From Candidatus Sericytochromatia bacterium (GTDB lineage: Bacteria; Cyanobacteriota; Sericytochromatia; S15B-MN24; JAQBPE01): a stretch of DNA of 64,000 nt. This document shows positions 41,709-51,918 of the stretch, piece by piece; positions within the stretch are counted from its first letter, which is position 1; every line of letters begins with the position of its first letter. The translations under genes were made by a program, and so were the position numbers. The notes beneath the pieces were generated by a model. The model was not told the DNA's origin, did no database searches, and worked only from the letters and a program-made list of their open reading frames with translations. The stretch is from positions 476-64,475 of the forward strand of contig JAYKHL010000082.1 of NCBI GenBank assembly GCA_035284865.1, in the 5' to 3' direction.

Positions 41709-42948
41709 CGGCCTCGTCAGACCCCGCCAGCGTGTCCACGAGCTGATCAAGGGCCCACGTCAGGTCTTCCTCGCTGATGACCAGCGGCGGCGCAAACCGG
41801 ATCACCGTGTGGTGCGTCTCCTTACACAGCAGCCCCCGGGCCCAGAGCGCCTCACAGAAGGGGCGCGCGGCCGTGTTGAGCTCGATGCCGATCATCAGCC
41901 CCCGACCACGCACCTCCACGACGTGCCGGCTGTTCATCGCGCGCAGGCGCGCAAACGCCAGCTCGCCGAGGCGGGCCGCTCGCTCTGGCAGTTGCTCGCG
42001 CTCGACCACCTCGAGGGCCGCCAGCGCAACGGCACAGCCCAGGGGGTTGCCTCCAAACGTCGAGCCATGGTCGCCGGGCCGGAAGACAGCCATGACGTCC
42101 TCTCGGGCGCACATCGCCGAGACGGGATAGCAGCCCCCCGAGAGCGCCTTACCCAGCACGAGCACGTCAGGCGTCACGCCTTCGTGCTGGAAGGCGAACA
42201 GCTTGCCCGTGCGCCCGAGCCCCGTCTGGATCTCGTCGAGCATCAGCAACACGTTGTTCGCCTGGCAGAGGGCAGCCACCTCGCGCAAGTAACCATCGGG
42301 GGGCACGATGATCCCGGCCTCGCCCTGGATGGGCTCGAGCGAGACGGCCGCCGTGTTCGGCCCGATCGCGGCCCGCAGCGCCTCGACGTCTCCGTAAGGC
42401 ACCACCTTGAAACCGGGCGTGAAGGGGCCAAAGCCCTCCCGGTACTGGTCCTCTGTGGAGAAGCTCACGATCGAGATGGTGCGGCCATGGAAGTTGCCCG
42501 TGCACGTGACGATCTCGGCCTGCCCCTCGGGCACGCCCTTGACCTGGTAGGCCCACTTCCGCGCGGCCTTGAGCGCCGTCTCGACGGCCTCGGCCCCGGA
42601 GTTCATCGGCAGCACCTTGGGCAGGCCCGTCAGGCCCACCAGCTTCTCGTAGAACCGGCCGAGCTGGTCATTGTGGAAGGCCCGCGAGGTGAGCGTGACG
42701 CGCTGCGCCTGCCGCACCAGGGCGTCGACGATGTGGGGGTGGGCATGCCCCTGGTTCACGGCGGAGTAGGCCGAGAGGCCGTCCAGGTAGCGGCGGCCCT
42801 CGACATCGGTCACCCAGGCCCCTTGCGCCTCGGCGATCACGATGCCGAGGGGGTGGTAGTTGTGAGCGCCGTGGCGGTCCTCGAGGGCAATCAGGGCCTC
42901 GGTGCGGGGCAGGGAGTGGCGAGCGTCAGTGGTCGTCATGCCCCCCAT
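41698..42948 (-). CDS. rocD: ornithine--oxo-acid aminotransferase
   Basis: The start is an internal ATG 42948 (MGGMTTTD). [67 protein letters not shown] and LGKALSGG are present. Confidence 0.9.
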   Translation of the reverse strand: MGGMTTTDARHSLPRTEALIALEDRHGAHNYHPLGIVIAEAQGAWVTDVEGRRYLDGLSAYSAVNQGHAHPHIVDALVRQAQRVTLTSRAFHNDQLGRFYEKLVGLTGLPKVLPMNSGAEAVETALKAARKWAYQVKGVPEGQAEIVTCTGNFHGRTISIVSFSTEDQYREGFGPFTPGFKVVPYGDVEALRAAIGPNTAAVSLEPIQGEAGIIVPPDGYLREVAALCQANNVLLMLDEIQTGLGRTGKLFAFQHEGVTPDVLVLGKALSGGCYPVSAMCAREDVMAVFRPGDHGSTFGGNPLGCAVALAALEVVEREQLPERAARLGELAFARLRAMNSRHVVEVRGRGLMIGIELNTAARPFCEALWARGLLCKETHHTVIRFAPPLVISEEDLTWALDQLVDTLAGSDEADAP

Positions 42949-43048
42949 GATGGCACGCCCCCGGCCGCTTTGGAACCCCCGTGACGCCTCTTTCTTGTCG
43001 CCGCGAGCGCGCTGACCTACCATGGCCGCCGCACGGGAGGAGGTGGCC

Positions 43049-43339
43049 ATGATCGTGGGCGTCGCGACGGTGGAACTCGAGCTGACGGACATCGGATCGC
43101 TCAAGGACAAGCGCGCGATCGTCCGGCCGATCGTCCAGAAGCTGATGAACCAGTTCTCGGTGATGGCGGCGGAGGTCGACGCGCTGGACGACCCCGAGGC
43201 CGCGACGATTGGCATCGTCCTGTGCGCGAACGAGCAGCAACACGCGAACCGCGTGCTCTCGAAGGCCCTCGACTGGCTGGAGCACCACCAGTTCGAGGCG
43301 CACGTGGCGGACGTCGTGACGGAGTTCCTGACGGTCTGA
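43049..43339 (+). CDS. DUF503 (YlxP-like) protein
   Basis: The start is the second ATG of track ORF 43022..43339, with GGAGGAGG upstream. [32 protein letters not shown] is the DUF503 N-terminal pattern. Confidence 0.7.
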   Translation: MIVGVATVELELTDIGSLKDKRAIVRPIVQKLMNQFSVMAAEVDALDDPEAATIGIVLCANEQQHANRVLSKALDWLEHHQFEAHVADVVTEFLTV

Positions 43340-43469
43340 AGCCCCCATCAAGGCCTCGCCCGGCGGGCAGGCCCGGGCTGACGCCCAGGACCGTCGTCAC
43401 GGCCCTGCCACCGGCCGTCAGGGCCCGAACGTCGGCTCCTTCCGCTTCGCCCGGCCCCGGGCGCGGCCT

Positions 43470-43856
43470 TCAGCCGGAGGCGCAGCCCTGACGGGAGGCC
43501 ACGGGGCGGTGCCCCCGCGCGGCCACAAAGGCGGGCGACGTCAGCCGCCGGTGCAGCTCGCCCGCCTCGGCAGCAAGCGGCTGCCCCGAGGCCGCGTGGG
43601 TGGCGAGGGCCCCCTCCCGCCCCGTGTGCGTGGCCGCGTCGATCGTCACCACGAACAGCCAGCAGAGCAACCGCCCGACGTCATCGGCAGGCCGAAACGC
43701 GGCGACGTCCTGCCGCAGGGCCCTATCGAGCACGGCACCGGCGTCGACATACTCGTACAGGGCCGCCATCGCCAGCGGGACATCCTCGGCAGCGAGCCGG
43801 CCGGCGTGAGCGCCGAGGTGGGCGCGCAAGGCATCGAGAGCAGGGTGGACGGACAT
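43470..43856 (-). CDS. hypothetical protein
   Basis: The 128-aa ORF has good GC3 bias and GGAGG upstream. I recognise no family. Confidence 0.5.
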   Translation of the reverse strand: MSVHPALDALRAHLGAHAGRLAAEDVPLAMAALYEYVDAGAVLDRALRQDVAAFRPADDVGRLLCWLFVVTIDAATHTGREGALATHAASGQPLAAEAGELHRRLTSPAFVAARGHRPVASRQGCASG

Positions 43857-44005
43857 GGGGCAACCTCCGGGCTCAGGCCCTGATCCTAGCAGAGATCGCC
43901 GGGGCCGATCCCCCCCCAGGCCTTAACATTCATAACGCAACCTTGACGTCAGCGTCCGGGCCCCAGCCCCCACAACATGGCGGACCATGTGGCAGGTGAC
44001 GCCCG

Positions 44006-44938
44006 ATGATGCAGCACTACCTCGAGATCCTGAAGCGAGGCGGCAAGCCCGCCGCCCCGGAGCGCCCGCGGGAAGAGGGCCTCGCAGCCCTTGTGGCGGG
44101 GGACGTCGCGCGGGCCGAGGCCCTGCTCCCCCGCGCCCTCGCGCAACACCCCGAGGACCCCGAGGTGCTGATGGGCCTCGCCACCCTCGCGGACCGCAGC
44201 GGCAGGCCTGAGGAGGCCCTCGGCTGGCTGCAACGGGCTCACCGCCGCAACGCCCGGGACCTCGGTCTGCTGCTCGCGCTGGGGTCGGCCTACGAGGCCG
44301 TGGGGGAGCCGGCCCAGGCCCTCGCAAGCTACCGGCAGGCGCTCACGGTGGATGCCCGGTGTGCCAGGGCCCACCGCGGGATCGGGGCGCTGCTGCGCGA
44401 CGAGGAGCCCCACGAGGCCATCAAGGCCCTGAACCAGGCCGTCTACCATGACCGCACGAACCTGGAGGCGCGCCTGATGCTGGCCGAGCTGTGTCTCCAG
44501 CTGGGCGACGCGATACGGGCCGTGACCCAGCTGCACCTCGTGCTGCGGCTCGCGCCCGGCCGGGCCGAGGTCCACCGGCTGCTGGCTCTGGCGGCCGAGC
44601 GCCTCGGCGACCGGCGGCAGATGGTGACGGAGCTCGAGCTGGCAGTGGCCCTGGCGCCTGGCACGGCGGAGGACTACTGGAAGCTCGCCCAGGGCCACCT
44701 GGCCCTCGGGCGGGACCACGAGGCGCTGGCGGCGTTGGCCCAGGCCGCGCGCCTCGAGGACACCCCCGGCAAGCTGCATGTGGCCTGGGCGAGCCTGGCC
44801 GAGGCCTGTGGGCTCATCAGCGTCGCGCTGGACGCCTGGCGGGTGCTGTCGGGCGTGATGGCCCACCAGGGGGAGGCCCACCACCAGCTCGAGCGCCTGC
44901 TCGGGCTGCCACCTGGCCCGCAGGCGCAAGCCGCCTGA
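44006..44938 (+). CDS. tetratricopeptide (TPR) repeat protein
   Basis: It contains about 7 TPR-like units (A..L..AL...P.D.......LA......G....A......A). Confidence 0.8.
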   Translation: MMQHYLEILKRGGKPAAPERPREEGLAALVAGDVARAEALLPRALAQHPEDPEVLMGLATLADRSGRPEEALGWLQRAHRRNARDLGLLLALGSAYEAVGEPAQALASYRQALTVDARCARAHRGIGALLRDEEPHEAIKALNQAVYHDRTNLEARLMLAELCLQLGDAIRAVTQLHLVLRLAPGRAEVHRLLALAAERLGDRRQMVTELELAVALAPGTAEDYWKLAQGHLALGRDHEALAALAQAARLEDTPGKLHVAWASLAEACGLISVALDAWRVLSGVMAHQGEAHHQLERLLGLPPGPQAQAA

Positions 44939-44962
44939 GCCACGCAGCGGCGCGTCAGGGAA

Positions 44963-45051
44963 GGCGGGCGCTGAGGGATTCGAACCCTCGGAGGCTTTCA
45001 CACCTCATTCGTTTTCAAGACGAACGCAATCGACCACTCTGCCAAACGCCC
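44963..45051 (-). tRNA. tRNA-Ser (anticodon UGA)
   Basis: I folded it by hand. The acceptor is GGGCGTT/AGCGCCC (one G-U pair). The D arm is GCA-GAGTGGTCGAT-TGC. The anticodon arm is TTCGT-CTTGAAA-ACGAA. There is a long variable arm (GAGG..CCTC), and the T arm is GAGGG-TTCGAAT-CCCTC. The discriminator is G followed by CC; the terminal A is not encoded. Confidence 0.85.
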
Positions 45052-45116
45052 ACGCGCCACGTCCGAGGCGGACGGGCACGGGGCCAATATACCACGTGGG
45101 AGGCAGCGGGAGCCGG

Positions 45117-46628
45117 TCACTCCTGGGCCGTGACCGGCTTGCGCCCCTCGACGGGCGAGAGGCCCTGCAAGGAGGCCGGGCTGAGGGCCTTGTCCGCGTT
45201 GAGCCGGCCATACCCCCAGGAGGGGTCCCAGCCGGGCGTGCCGAAGTCGTCGGTGGAGGCCAACAGGTGGGTCCGCACGCGATCGACCATCCCGGCCGCG
45301 GCCGGCACGGAGGCCAGCGAGGCGTTGTCCTGGTCGTACTTCGCAAACACCAGGGCCGCCACGCCCGCAACGTACGGCGCGGCCTCCGAGGTGCCCGACA
45401 CGGTCGCGTAGCCGGTCTGAGCAGGCTGCCCCACGCTCCCCACCTGGGAGGGCGAGTTGGGGATGGGGGCCCGGGTGGAGCTGCCGGGGGCCACCAGGTC
45501 GAGGCGGGGCCCGTAGTTGGAGTAGTGGGCCACGAACTCCGTGCCCATGTAGGTGCCGGTCGCCCCGACCGCGATCACCCCCGGCGTGTTGGCCGGCGGC
45601 GCGACGTAGGGCGCCCCCTGGTTCCCCGCGGAGGCGACGACGAGGACGCCCTTGGAGCGGGCGAACGACACGGCGTCGTTGTAGATCGGGATGACGCGGC
45701 CCGTGTTCGCCCCGAGGCTCATGTTGATGACGCGCACCCGAGCGCCCCCTGGATCCACGTAGGTGGCGGCGTAGCGCATGGCCTCGATCACGTCGCTCAG
45801 CAAGAAGGTCGTGCGCCCCTCCTCGTCGTAGCTGTCAGCCTTGATCGGCATGATGCGGCAGCCCCAGGCCACCCCGGCCGTCCCTTTGCCGTTGTTGCCG
45901 ATGGCCCCGATGATGCCGGCCGTCAAGGTTCCGTGGCCGAGATCGTCAGCCAGCACACCAGCCCACTGCTCCTCGGTGCCTGAGAGCCCCTCGGGCTTGG
46001 TCGTGACGTTGCGCCCTCCGATGAGACGGTCGCCCTGCGCCGACACCCGGAACTCCTCGTGCGTGAAGTCGATGCCCGAGTCAATCACGGCCACGATGAC
46101 CTTTGCCTGATCGACCCCGCCGAGCCGATCCCAGGCAGCCTCCGTGTTGCCGAAGGCCGGGTGGTGCGCCCACTGGTCCACATACATCGGGTCGTTGGGC
46201 ACGAGGTGAGGATGGGCCTGCACGTCGAGCTCCACGCGCGTGACCTCGGGCCTGGCAGCCAGCCGCGCCCGCACCTCGCCGAGCGCCGCGCGGTCCCGCA
46301 CCCGCAGCGTCAGGACCCGCCGGCTCTCCCAGTCGGAGTCCCGCAGAAGCACGACCTCGTCCAGGCCCGCGCGAGTCAGGAACTCCCGGCCCGTCAACCC
46401 GGGGTGCAGGCTCACGATCAGGCGGTCTGCCGCGTACGTCGCCTGGGAGGTGGGGGGGGCCACAGCGGGCGGCGCGGGGCGCCCCATGTCGGCCACGGGC
46501 GCCACGGCAGGGGGGGGCCCCTCTGGCAGGGCAACAGGCGCCAGAGCCCTGGGAGCCTCGCAGCCCACCAGCAGCAGCAAGGGCCAGGTCCAGCCGCCAA
46601 TCCCGAGACGTGTGCGCGGCTGGGTCAT
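45117..46628 (-). CDS. subtilisin-like serine protease (peptidase S8), lipoprotein
   Basis: The start is an internal ATG 46628, which overlaps the upstream stop (ATGA). The signal is MTQPRTRLGIGGWTWPLLLLVGC. The catalytic triad motifs are VAVIDSGID, GHGTLTAGII and SGTSEAAPYVAG. Confidence 0.9.
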   Translation of the reverse strand: MTQPRTRLGIGGWTWPLLLLVGCEAPRALAPVALPEGPPPAVAPVADMGRPAPPAVAPPTSQATYAADRLIVSLHPGLTGREFLTRAGLDEVVLLRDSDWESRRVLTLRVRDRAALGEVRARLAARPEVTRVELDVQAHPHLVPNDPMYVDQWAHHPAFGNTEAAWDRLGGVDQAKVIVAVIDSGIDFTHEEFRVSAQGDRLIGGRNVTTKPEGLSGTEEQWAGVLADDLGHGTLTAGIIGAIGNNGKGTAGVAWGCRIMPIKADSYDEEGRTTFLLSDVIEAMRYAATYVDPGGARVRVINMSLGANTGRVIPIYNDAVSFARSKGVLVVASAGNQGAPYVAPPANTPGVIAVGATGTYMGTEFVAHYSNYGPRLDLVAPGSSTRAPIPNSPSQVGSVGQPAQTGYATVSGTSEAAPYVAGVAALVFAKYDQDNASLASVPAAAGMVDRVRTHLLASTDDFGTPGWDPSWGYGRLNADKALSPASLQGLSPVEGRKPVTAQE

Positions 46629-47917
46629 GGCTGGAAGACCTCCACCGTCTGCAGGGCCCGACGCTCCCGACCAAAGCCACCGATGGCCCACAGCGCGCCC
46701 CGGAAGGCCGTCAAGGACAGCAAGCCGCGGGCCGTCGGCATCGGACGCTGCGCGACCCAGCGGTCCCCCGCCGTCAGCGAGAAGGAGTACACGGTGTCAA
46801 GCGGGTTGCCCGCCTCGTCGAAGCCGCCGGCGAGGTAGAGGACCCCGGTCTCCGGCACATAGGCAGCGGCGGCGCCGTGGAGCTTCGCTGGCAGCGCAGC
46901 GGGGGCAAAGGACCCGCCGTCTTTGGCCCAGGTCCCGGTTGTGCCATCGTAGACCTGCACATGGTCGACGGGCGTCGGCTTGCCCCCCGTGAAGGTGTAG
47001 CCACCGAGCACATACAGGCGGCCCTGGGCCACCACCGAGGCCGCCCCGGCCACCGGCACGGGCATCGCCGGGCCGTCCACCGCCCCGGCCCGGCCTGCAA
47101 TCGCCACCAGCTCGACGCGCGACACGACCTGGCCTGGCTTCGCCACCCCGCCTGCGATCACGAAGGTGCCCCCCACCACGCCCCCCGCGGCGGCGTACCG
47201 TCCCGTCGTCATCGAGCGGGCAGCCTCGTCCTTGCGTGCAGAGGCGTAGCCCTCCGGGTGCCGGTACAGGTGCAGCGCCGCGCTGCCCTGCGTGCCATCG
47301 GCGTTCTGCAGGCCGGCCAGGCCGCCAGCCAGCCACAGCTCCGAGTCGTCGTATGCCATGGCGCCTACCCCGAGGCTCAGGCCCTGGGCCAGCACGAACC
47401 CCTCGCCCTTCAGCCCGTGCTGCACGTCGTGGGAGTCATCCAGGCTCCAGCGCTCGGCCCCGGGCTCGAGGGTCTCGCGCGAGGGCCGGTGGTCCCCCTC
47501 GATGACCACCAGGGCCTCCTTGAAGGCACCCGCGACATGGCCCGCCCGGGGCCGGCTGAGGTAAGGCCGGAGGCCCCACTGCCCCGTCAGTTCCTCGAAC
47601 GAGAGCTGAAGGCCCGTGGAGGGCACGATGCTGGGGAAGGCGCTGCCCGTGGGAGGCGCCGGCGTGGGCACGGACGGATCGACCGCCACCGCGCCGGAGG
47701 CCCCGCTGGTCAGGGCCGCCAGGGTGTCCGGGTCAAGAAACTGGCTGACCCCACCCGTGCCCCGGGTCGCCGCCGTGGCCGGGCTGGGGGCCTTTCCCAG
47801 GCCATTCGCCCGCCGCCGCACGGTCACCACGTCTTCCTCGGGTGGGGGCTGAGAGGGGCCGAAGCAGCCGCTGACGACAAACAGCCCCAGCAGCGCGGGC
47901 AGCAAGGGGCGCGTCAC
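46625..47917 (-). CDS. kelch-repeat lipoprotein
   Basis: The GTG 47917 start overlaps the upstream stop (GTGA). The signal is VTRPLLPALLGLFVVSGC. Kelch blades include RLYVLGGY, VLYLAGGFD and ALWAIGGFG. Confidence 0.75.
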   Translation of the reverse strand: MTRPLLPALLGLFVVSGCFGPSQPPPEEDVVTVRRRANGLGKAPSPATAATRGTGGVSQFLDPDTLAALTSGASGAVAVDPSVPTPAPPTGSAFPSIVPSTGLQLSFEELTGQWGLRPYLSRPRAGHVAGAFKEALVVIEGDHRPSRETLEPGAERWSLDDSHDVQHGLKGEGFVLAQGLSLGVGAMAYDDSELWLAGGLAGLQNADGTQGSAALHLYRHPEGYASARKDEAARSMTTGRYAAAGGVVGGTFVIAGGVAKPGQVVSRVELVAIAGRAGAVDGPAMPVPVAGAASVVAQGRLYVLGGYTFTGGKPTPVDHVQVYDGTTGTWAKDGGSFAPAALPAKLHGAAAAYVPETGVLYLAGGFDEAGNPLDTVYSFSLTAGDRWVAQRPMPTARGLLSLTAFRGALWAIGGFGRERRALQTVEVFQP

Positions 47918-49827
47918 GGCGTCAGCTCCTCGGTGGCGTCCGCAGGCAGCGGCAGCCCCAGCTCTGAGACATGGGTCCCCGTCAGCCCGCCTGCCACCAC
48001 GATCCGCTTGCCTCCATCCATCGCCCCGGCCGCGGGCCGCAGGCGGGCGGTGCGGAGCGGCGCGCGCAGCGTCCAGGTGTCCGTGGCCGGGTCGTAGACC
48101 TCCACGGCGCGGCTGGGCACGTCGTTGCGCTCCTCCCCGCCTATCACCCAGACCTTGCCGGCGACGACCACGGCCGCGGCGTGCGCCCGGGGGGTCGGCA
48201 TGGGCGCCACCTCCTGCCACGCGCCGCTGGAGAACCTGTGCACGAGGCCCGAGGGGCCGTTGCCGTTCCAGCCCCCCAGCAGGTACCAGTCGGAGCCGAC
48301 GACGGCGCTGGCCGGGCTGGCGCGCTCGGAGCCCTCGGGCAGCCCGGGCGGAGGGTTGGGCTCGAAGGTGCCACTGGCCGGCAGAAAGGCCAGCATCTCG
48401 GTGAAGGGCTCCGGGTCGATGTCGGGGCGGTTCGGGATGTGGGTGTAGCCACCCGCCACGAGGATCTGGTCCCCCAGGCGGGCGGCTGCACACTCCGAGA
48501 GCAGGACCGTCGGCGCCTTGGGGTAGCGCTGCTGCGAGAGGGTGAGGGGGGCGTCGAGCATCGTCGCCGGCGCGGCTCCAGCGGCATCGACGACGTGGAC
48601 ACGATCGGTGCCCAGGCCTGCCACCTGCCCACCGAAGACATAGATCTTGTCGCCCACGGCCGCCACGCCGGCCCCGAACCAGGGGAAGGAGGTCGGCAGC
48701 GGGTTGGCCGGCTCCCACTTGCCGGCACGGGTGTAGCGGTAGGCCTCGGTGGCCGCTGCCACGCGCGGCTCGCCCGTGATGCCGGGGGCCATGCCGGCGG
48801 GTTGCTCCAGGCCCCCGAGCATGTACAGTCGCTCCGCGCCCCCCCCCAGGGTGAGGCACATCCCTCCCCCCACCCGAACGGGCAGCCTGTCCCCGACCGA
48901 CGACCGGGAGAAGGTCATGGACGGCATCCGGGGCGCGAGGGCCTCCTGCGACACCCGAAACGGAACCTCTTGCGGGGCCAGGTCCGGCCCGACGTTGGCG
49001 GCCAGCGGCGTGAGCCGCAGCGTGTAGTCCTCGGCCCTTGGCGCGATGGGCCCGAGCAGCACGGGCTCGCCACGCAGCGAGACGACGGGCGCCGAGATGG
49101 CGTCGTTCACGCTGACGGCCACGCCTGTGCCGCTGGGGAAATCGAGGAAGCCCACGCTGACGTAGGCTGGCTTCGACACCCACGCCTCCTGGGGGGCGGG
49201 CAGGTTCTTGGTGGTCGCCTCTTTCAGGGCGTCCGCCACAGCGCCGACGTCCACGAGGCGCGGCGAGGGGACGCGGAAGCGCTCGAGCAGATCGTTGACG
49301 ACGCTCTCGAGGACTGTCGTGCTCAGGGAGGAGCTCGCCGGGGCCCCGTACCGAGCCTGCCACGCCAGGTAGACGTCGTGGTACAGGGTGGAGCGCTCGC
49401 TGAGCGCCAGGCGCACCACGCCCGGCTCGATGTCGCCATAGCCGCCGAAGTGCAGGCCGTCCACCACGGCCCCCGCGTCCGTCAGGAACTGGACCGTCAC
49501 CAGGCGCAACAGCCCCGTGGGGATCTCCACCAGCGTGGCGGCGGCCTCCGCGCCCGGCGTGATCGGGACGTCCCGCACGATCGGCTGCGTGATGCCCGCG
49601 CCCTGGATCGTGATCCGGGCCTGCTTGGTGGGCGTCACCCCAAGCAGCGCCCGGCGCCCCGCCGCCGGCCATCGCAGTTCCAGCCGGGCGGCAGCGCGAG
49701 CCACCGGCTGGGGCGGTTCCACCAGGGGCAGGGCCTGGCAGCCCGCCACCAAGGCGAGCAGGGCCAGGCTCATTGACGAGGCTAGAGCGCGCGCCACCGG
49801 CGGACCTCCCACGCTTCCTGTGCTCAA
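47914..49827 (-). CDS. kelch-repeat lipoprotein with ~300-aa N-terminal domain
   Basis: The signal is ...MSLALLALVAGC (alternative start ATG 49773). The blades are KIYVFGGQ, QILVAGGY, WYLLGGWNG, KVWVIGGEE and RIVVAGGL. Confidence 0.75.
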   Translation of the reverse strand: MSTGSVGGPPVARALASSMSLALLALVAGCQALPLVEPPQPVARAAARLELRWPAAGRRALLGVTPTKQARITIQGAGITQPIVRDVPITPGAEAAATLVEIPTGLLRLVTVQFLTDAGAVVDGLHFGGYGDIEPGVVRLALSERSTLYHDVYLAWQARYGAPASSSLSTTVLESVVNDLLERFRVPSPRLVDVGAVADALKEATTKNLPAPQEAWVSKPAYVSVGFLDFPSGTGVAVSVNDAISAPVVSLRGEPVLLGPIAPRAEDYTLRLTPLAANVGPDLAPQEVPFRVSQEALAPRMPSMTFSRSSVGDRLPVRVGGGMCLTLGGGAERLYMLGGLEQPAGMAPGITGEPRVAAATEAYRYTRAGKWEPANPLPTSFPWFGAGVAAVGDKIYVFGGQVAGLGTDRVHVVDAAGAAPATMLDAPLTLSQQRYPKAPTVLLSECAAARLGDQILVAGGYTHIPNRPDIDPEPFTEMLAFLPASGTFEPNPPPGLPEGSERASPASAVVGSDWYLLGGWNGNGPSGLVHRFSSGAWQEVAPMPTPRAHAAAVVVAGKVWVIGGEERNDVPSRAVEVYDPATDTWTLRAPLRTARLRPAAGAMDGGKRIVVAGGLTGTHVSELGLPLPADATEELTP

Positions 49828-49917
49828 TATTCCCGTCCGGGCCAGCCTGAAACTGAGAGGTTCCCGACCAAGAAAAACGCCCCCGCTCCAAGGAGCGGGG
49901 GCGAGATCACCAGCAGC

Positions 49918-51918
49918 CTACTTGGCCGCAGCGGGCACCAGATCGAGCAGGAACCCGTCGTAGATGCCGTTGCGCTGAACGTTCAGGTTCTTGACGCGGT
50001 CGATGGAGGCCGGCGTCGCGTAGAGTGAAAGGTCGCGCATGCGGACATCCGTGAGGGAGAACGAGTGCGCGTTGTTATCGGGCAGCTGGATGCGCCACGC
50101 CAGATTCATCGAGTTGGCGCCGTTCGCCTTGAACACGAACTCGCGTGGCGCCCCGTCAAGCGTCGCCTGAACCTCGATGTCTCCGGTCATAGCCAGGTCC
50201 GGGCTGTTCAGCGTGACGCTGAACATCGGGCTGTACTTGGGCACGAAGATCTCGAGATTGTTGGCCTGCATCACCCGGTAACCCGCCGTGATGGTCCGTC
50301 GGGCCGTCGAGCCGATGCCAGCGCCCGGGTTCTTGCCCGGCGTGGGGTTGGGCCCATTGGTGAAGCCCTGCACGCCAATGGTGAAGGTCTCCCGGGCGTA
50401 GTTGTAAGCCTTGCCGTCAGGGCCGACTGGCTGGGCCGCGGTGTCCCGGACAATCTTGTCACGCGCCACCGTCCACCGGCAGTAGCACCAGCCGTTCCAC
50501 GCGTAGCCCCGTCGGACGGTCTCGTTGGTGCCCGTGGAGAGATCGATCCAGCCGGCATTCCACTTGTCGACCCACGAATCCTCCACGGCCGGTTGCGCCG
50601 GCTCGTCGATGATCTTGACCACCAGGTCATTGGCGGAGTCCAGGGCCACAAAGGCCTTGCCCTGCAGGTCCGCCTTCAGGGCGTCGAGAAGTGCGCCGTT
50701 CTGGGTCAACCGGTACGCGGCGGCCGGATCTGCTGCCCCACCCCCATCCGCCGGATCGGGGTCAGGCTCGGCGCTCGGCGAGGCCTTGGGCTTCGGCGGC
50801 TGCCACAACAGCTCGTCGTCGTACTTCTGCATGAGCGCCCAGGTCCAGTCGGTGGAGCCGTACTTGACCAGCGTGCCCTTCTGCGTGCGCATGCCGCTGG
50901 CGTCCGCGCTCGTGACCACCTCCCAGTGAGACACCTCAGGCTTGGCGGGTGTGCCGGCCACGAACTCCTTGGACCAGTACCCGTTGACGCCCGACACCTG
51001 GGTGGTCGTCGTGTTGCCGAACTTGACGTAAGAATTATGCGCCGGGTTCGGGTCATACGCCGGCTTGCCGTCGAGCGTGGGGTCGTCGGACTCCCACTTG
51101 ACGTTGACGGCCATCAGGCGTTCCGGCTTGGGCGGCGGCGGTGGCCAGTAGTTGCAGAACGCTTCGATGCGCGCGTCCTTCTTGAAGTTTCCTCCCTTGC
51201 CCGCCGGCAGGGGTGCCATGCCCTCGGTCATCACGCCGCGCCGCTCGGTCAGGAACGGATCCGCAGGCTGCTTGGTGATGTCCATGCGCTCGAGCCGGGG
51301 GCCGTCGACGGGCATCGTGACGAGCCACTGACCCTTGTCATCCTGCGTGAGGCTGTACCGCTCTGGCGTGTAGTCCTCGTACATGCTCTTGAGCTCAGGA
51401 ATGAGGCGATCATCCGCCTTGGCAGACACCATGAGCTTCTGGCCGGCAACGACGTGGGCCTCGCCGAGGTCCATCTGGAACCGCATGCCGGCCAGGAACT
51501 GGTTGGTGTTCTTCTCCTGCGAGGTGTCGAGCCGCACGAACCGCACATAGGTGTCCTGCGACAGAGCGCCGGGTGGAATCACCGCCACCAGCGTGCCGTC
51601 CTCGCTGACGTACTTGCCGCCCTGCGATGCCTTGATCAGCATCGGCGCGGCCGTGTCGACGGCAGCCAGCCCCTCGTCGTTCAGGGCCGGTGCAGCCAGG
51701 GGCTGGCCGTGGGTCTCCCCGGCGTCTGCAGCCTCCACGGCGACGGGCCCGCCGGCGCCGTTGGTCGCTGCCGCCGTGCCGCCAGCCACGTTCCCCCGGC
51801 CGGCTGCCTTCCCCGTGTCCTCGCCCGGGCGGGTGCCAGACGGCAAGGAGCAGCCGGCCAGCACGGCCAGCCCGAGCGTCAGGGAAAGCCAACTTTTCTG
51901 ACCGCGTGTCGTGTGCAT
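49918..51918 (-). CDS. large lipoprotein, no recognisable domain (hypothetical)
   Basis: I place the start at ATG 51918 (GGAGGG 6 nt upstream). MHTTRGQKSWLSLTLGLAVLAGC has a lipobox. The 666-aa product is rich in K/N/D/Y/W, and the gene is visibly less GC-rich than its neighbours. Confidence 0.7.
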   Translation of the reverse strand: MHTTRGQKSWLSLTLGLAVLAGCSLPSGTRPGEDTGKAAGRGNVAGGTAAATNGAGGPVAVEAADAGETHGQPLAAPALNDEGLAAVDTAAPMLIKASQGGKYVSEDGTLVAVIPPGALSQDTYVRFVRLDTSQEKNTNQFLAGMRFQMDLGEAHVVAGQKLMVSAKADDRLIPELKSMYEDYTPERYSLTQDDKGQWLVTMPVDGPRLERMDITKQPADPFLTERRGVMTEGMAPLPAGKGGNFKKDARIEAFCNYWPPPPPKPERLMAVNVKWESDDPTLDGKPAYDPNPAHNSYVKFGNTTTTQVSGVNGYWSKEFVAGTPAKPEVSHWEVVTSADASGMRTQKGTLVKYGSTDWTWALMQKYDDELLWQPPKPKASPSAEPDPDPADGGGAADPAAAYRLTQNGALLDALKADLQGKAFVALDSANDLVVKIIDEPAQPAVEDSWVDKWNAGWIDLSTGTNETVRRGYAWNGWCYCRWTVARDKIVRDTAAQPVGPDGKAYNYARETFTIGVQGFTNGPNPTPGKNPGAGIGSTARRTITAGYRVMQANNLEIFVPKYSPMFSVTLNSPDLAMTGDIEVQATLDGAPREFVFKANGANSMNLAWRIQLPDNNAHSFSLTDVRMRDLSLYATPASIDRVKNLNVQRNGIYDGFLLDLVPAAAK

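Noticed and set aside
44963-46700. tRNA-Ser as a possible integration hotspot or genomic-island border.
   Set aside because: There is no integrase, recombinase, direct repeat of the tRNA 3' end, or phage/plasmid gene on either side. The flanking genes are in the same orientation and tightly packed.
46625-49891. A 1088-aa minus-strand ORF treated as one giant protein.
   Set aside because: Only the part from GTG 47917 downstream is coding (kelch lipoprotein with its own signal peptide). Upstream it is an out-of-frame shadow of the 47914..49827 kelch gene, whose TGA overlaps that GTG.
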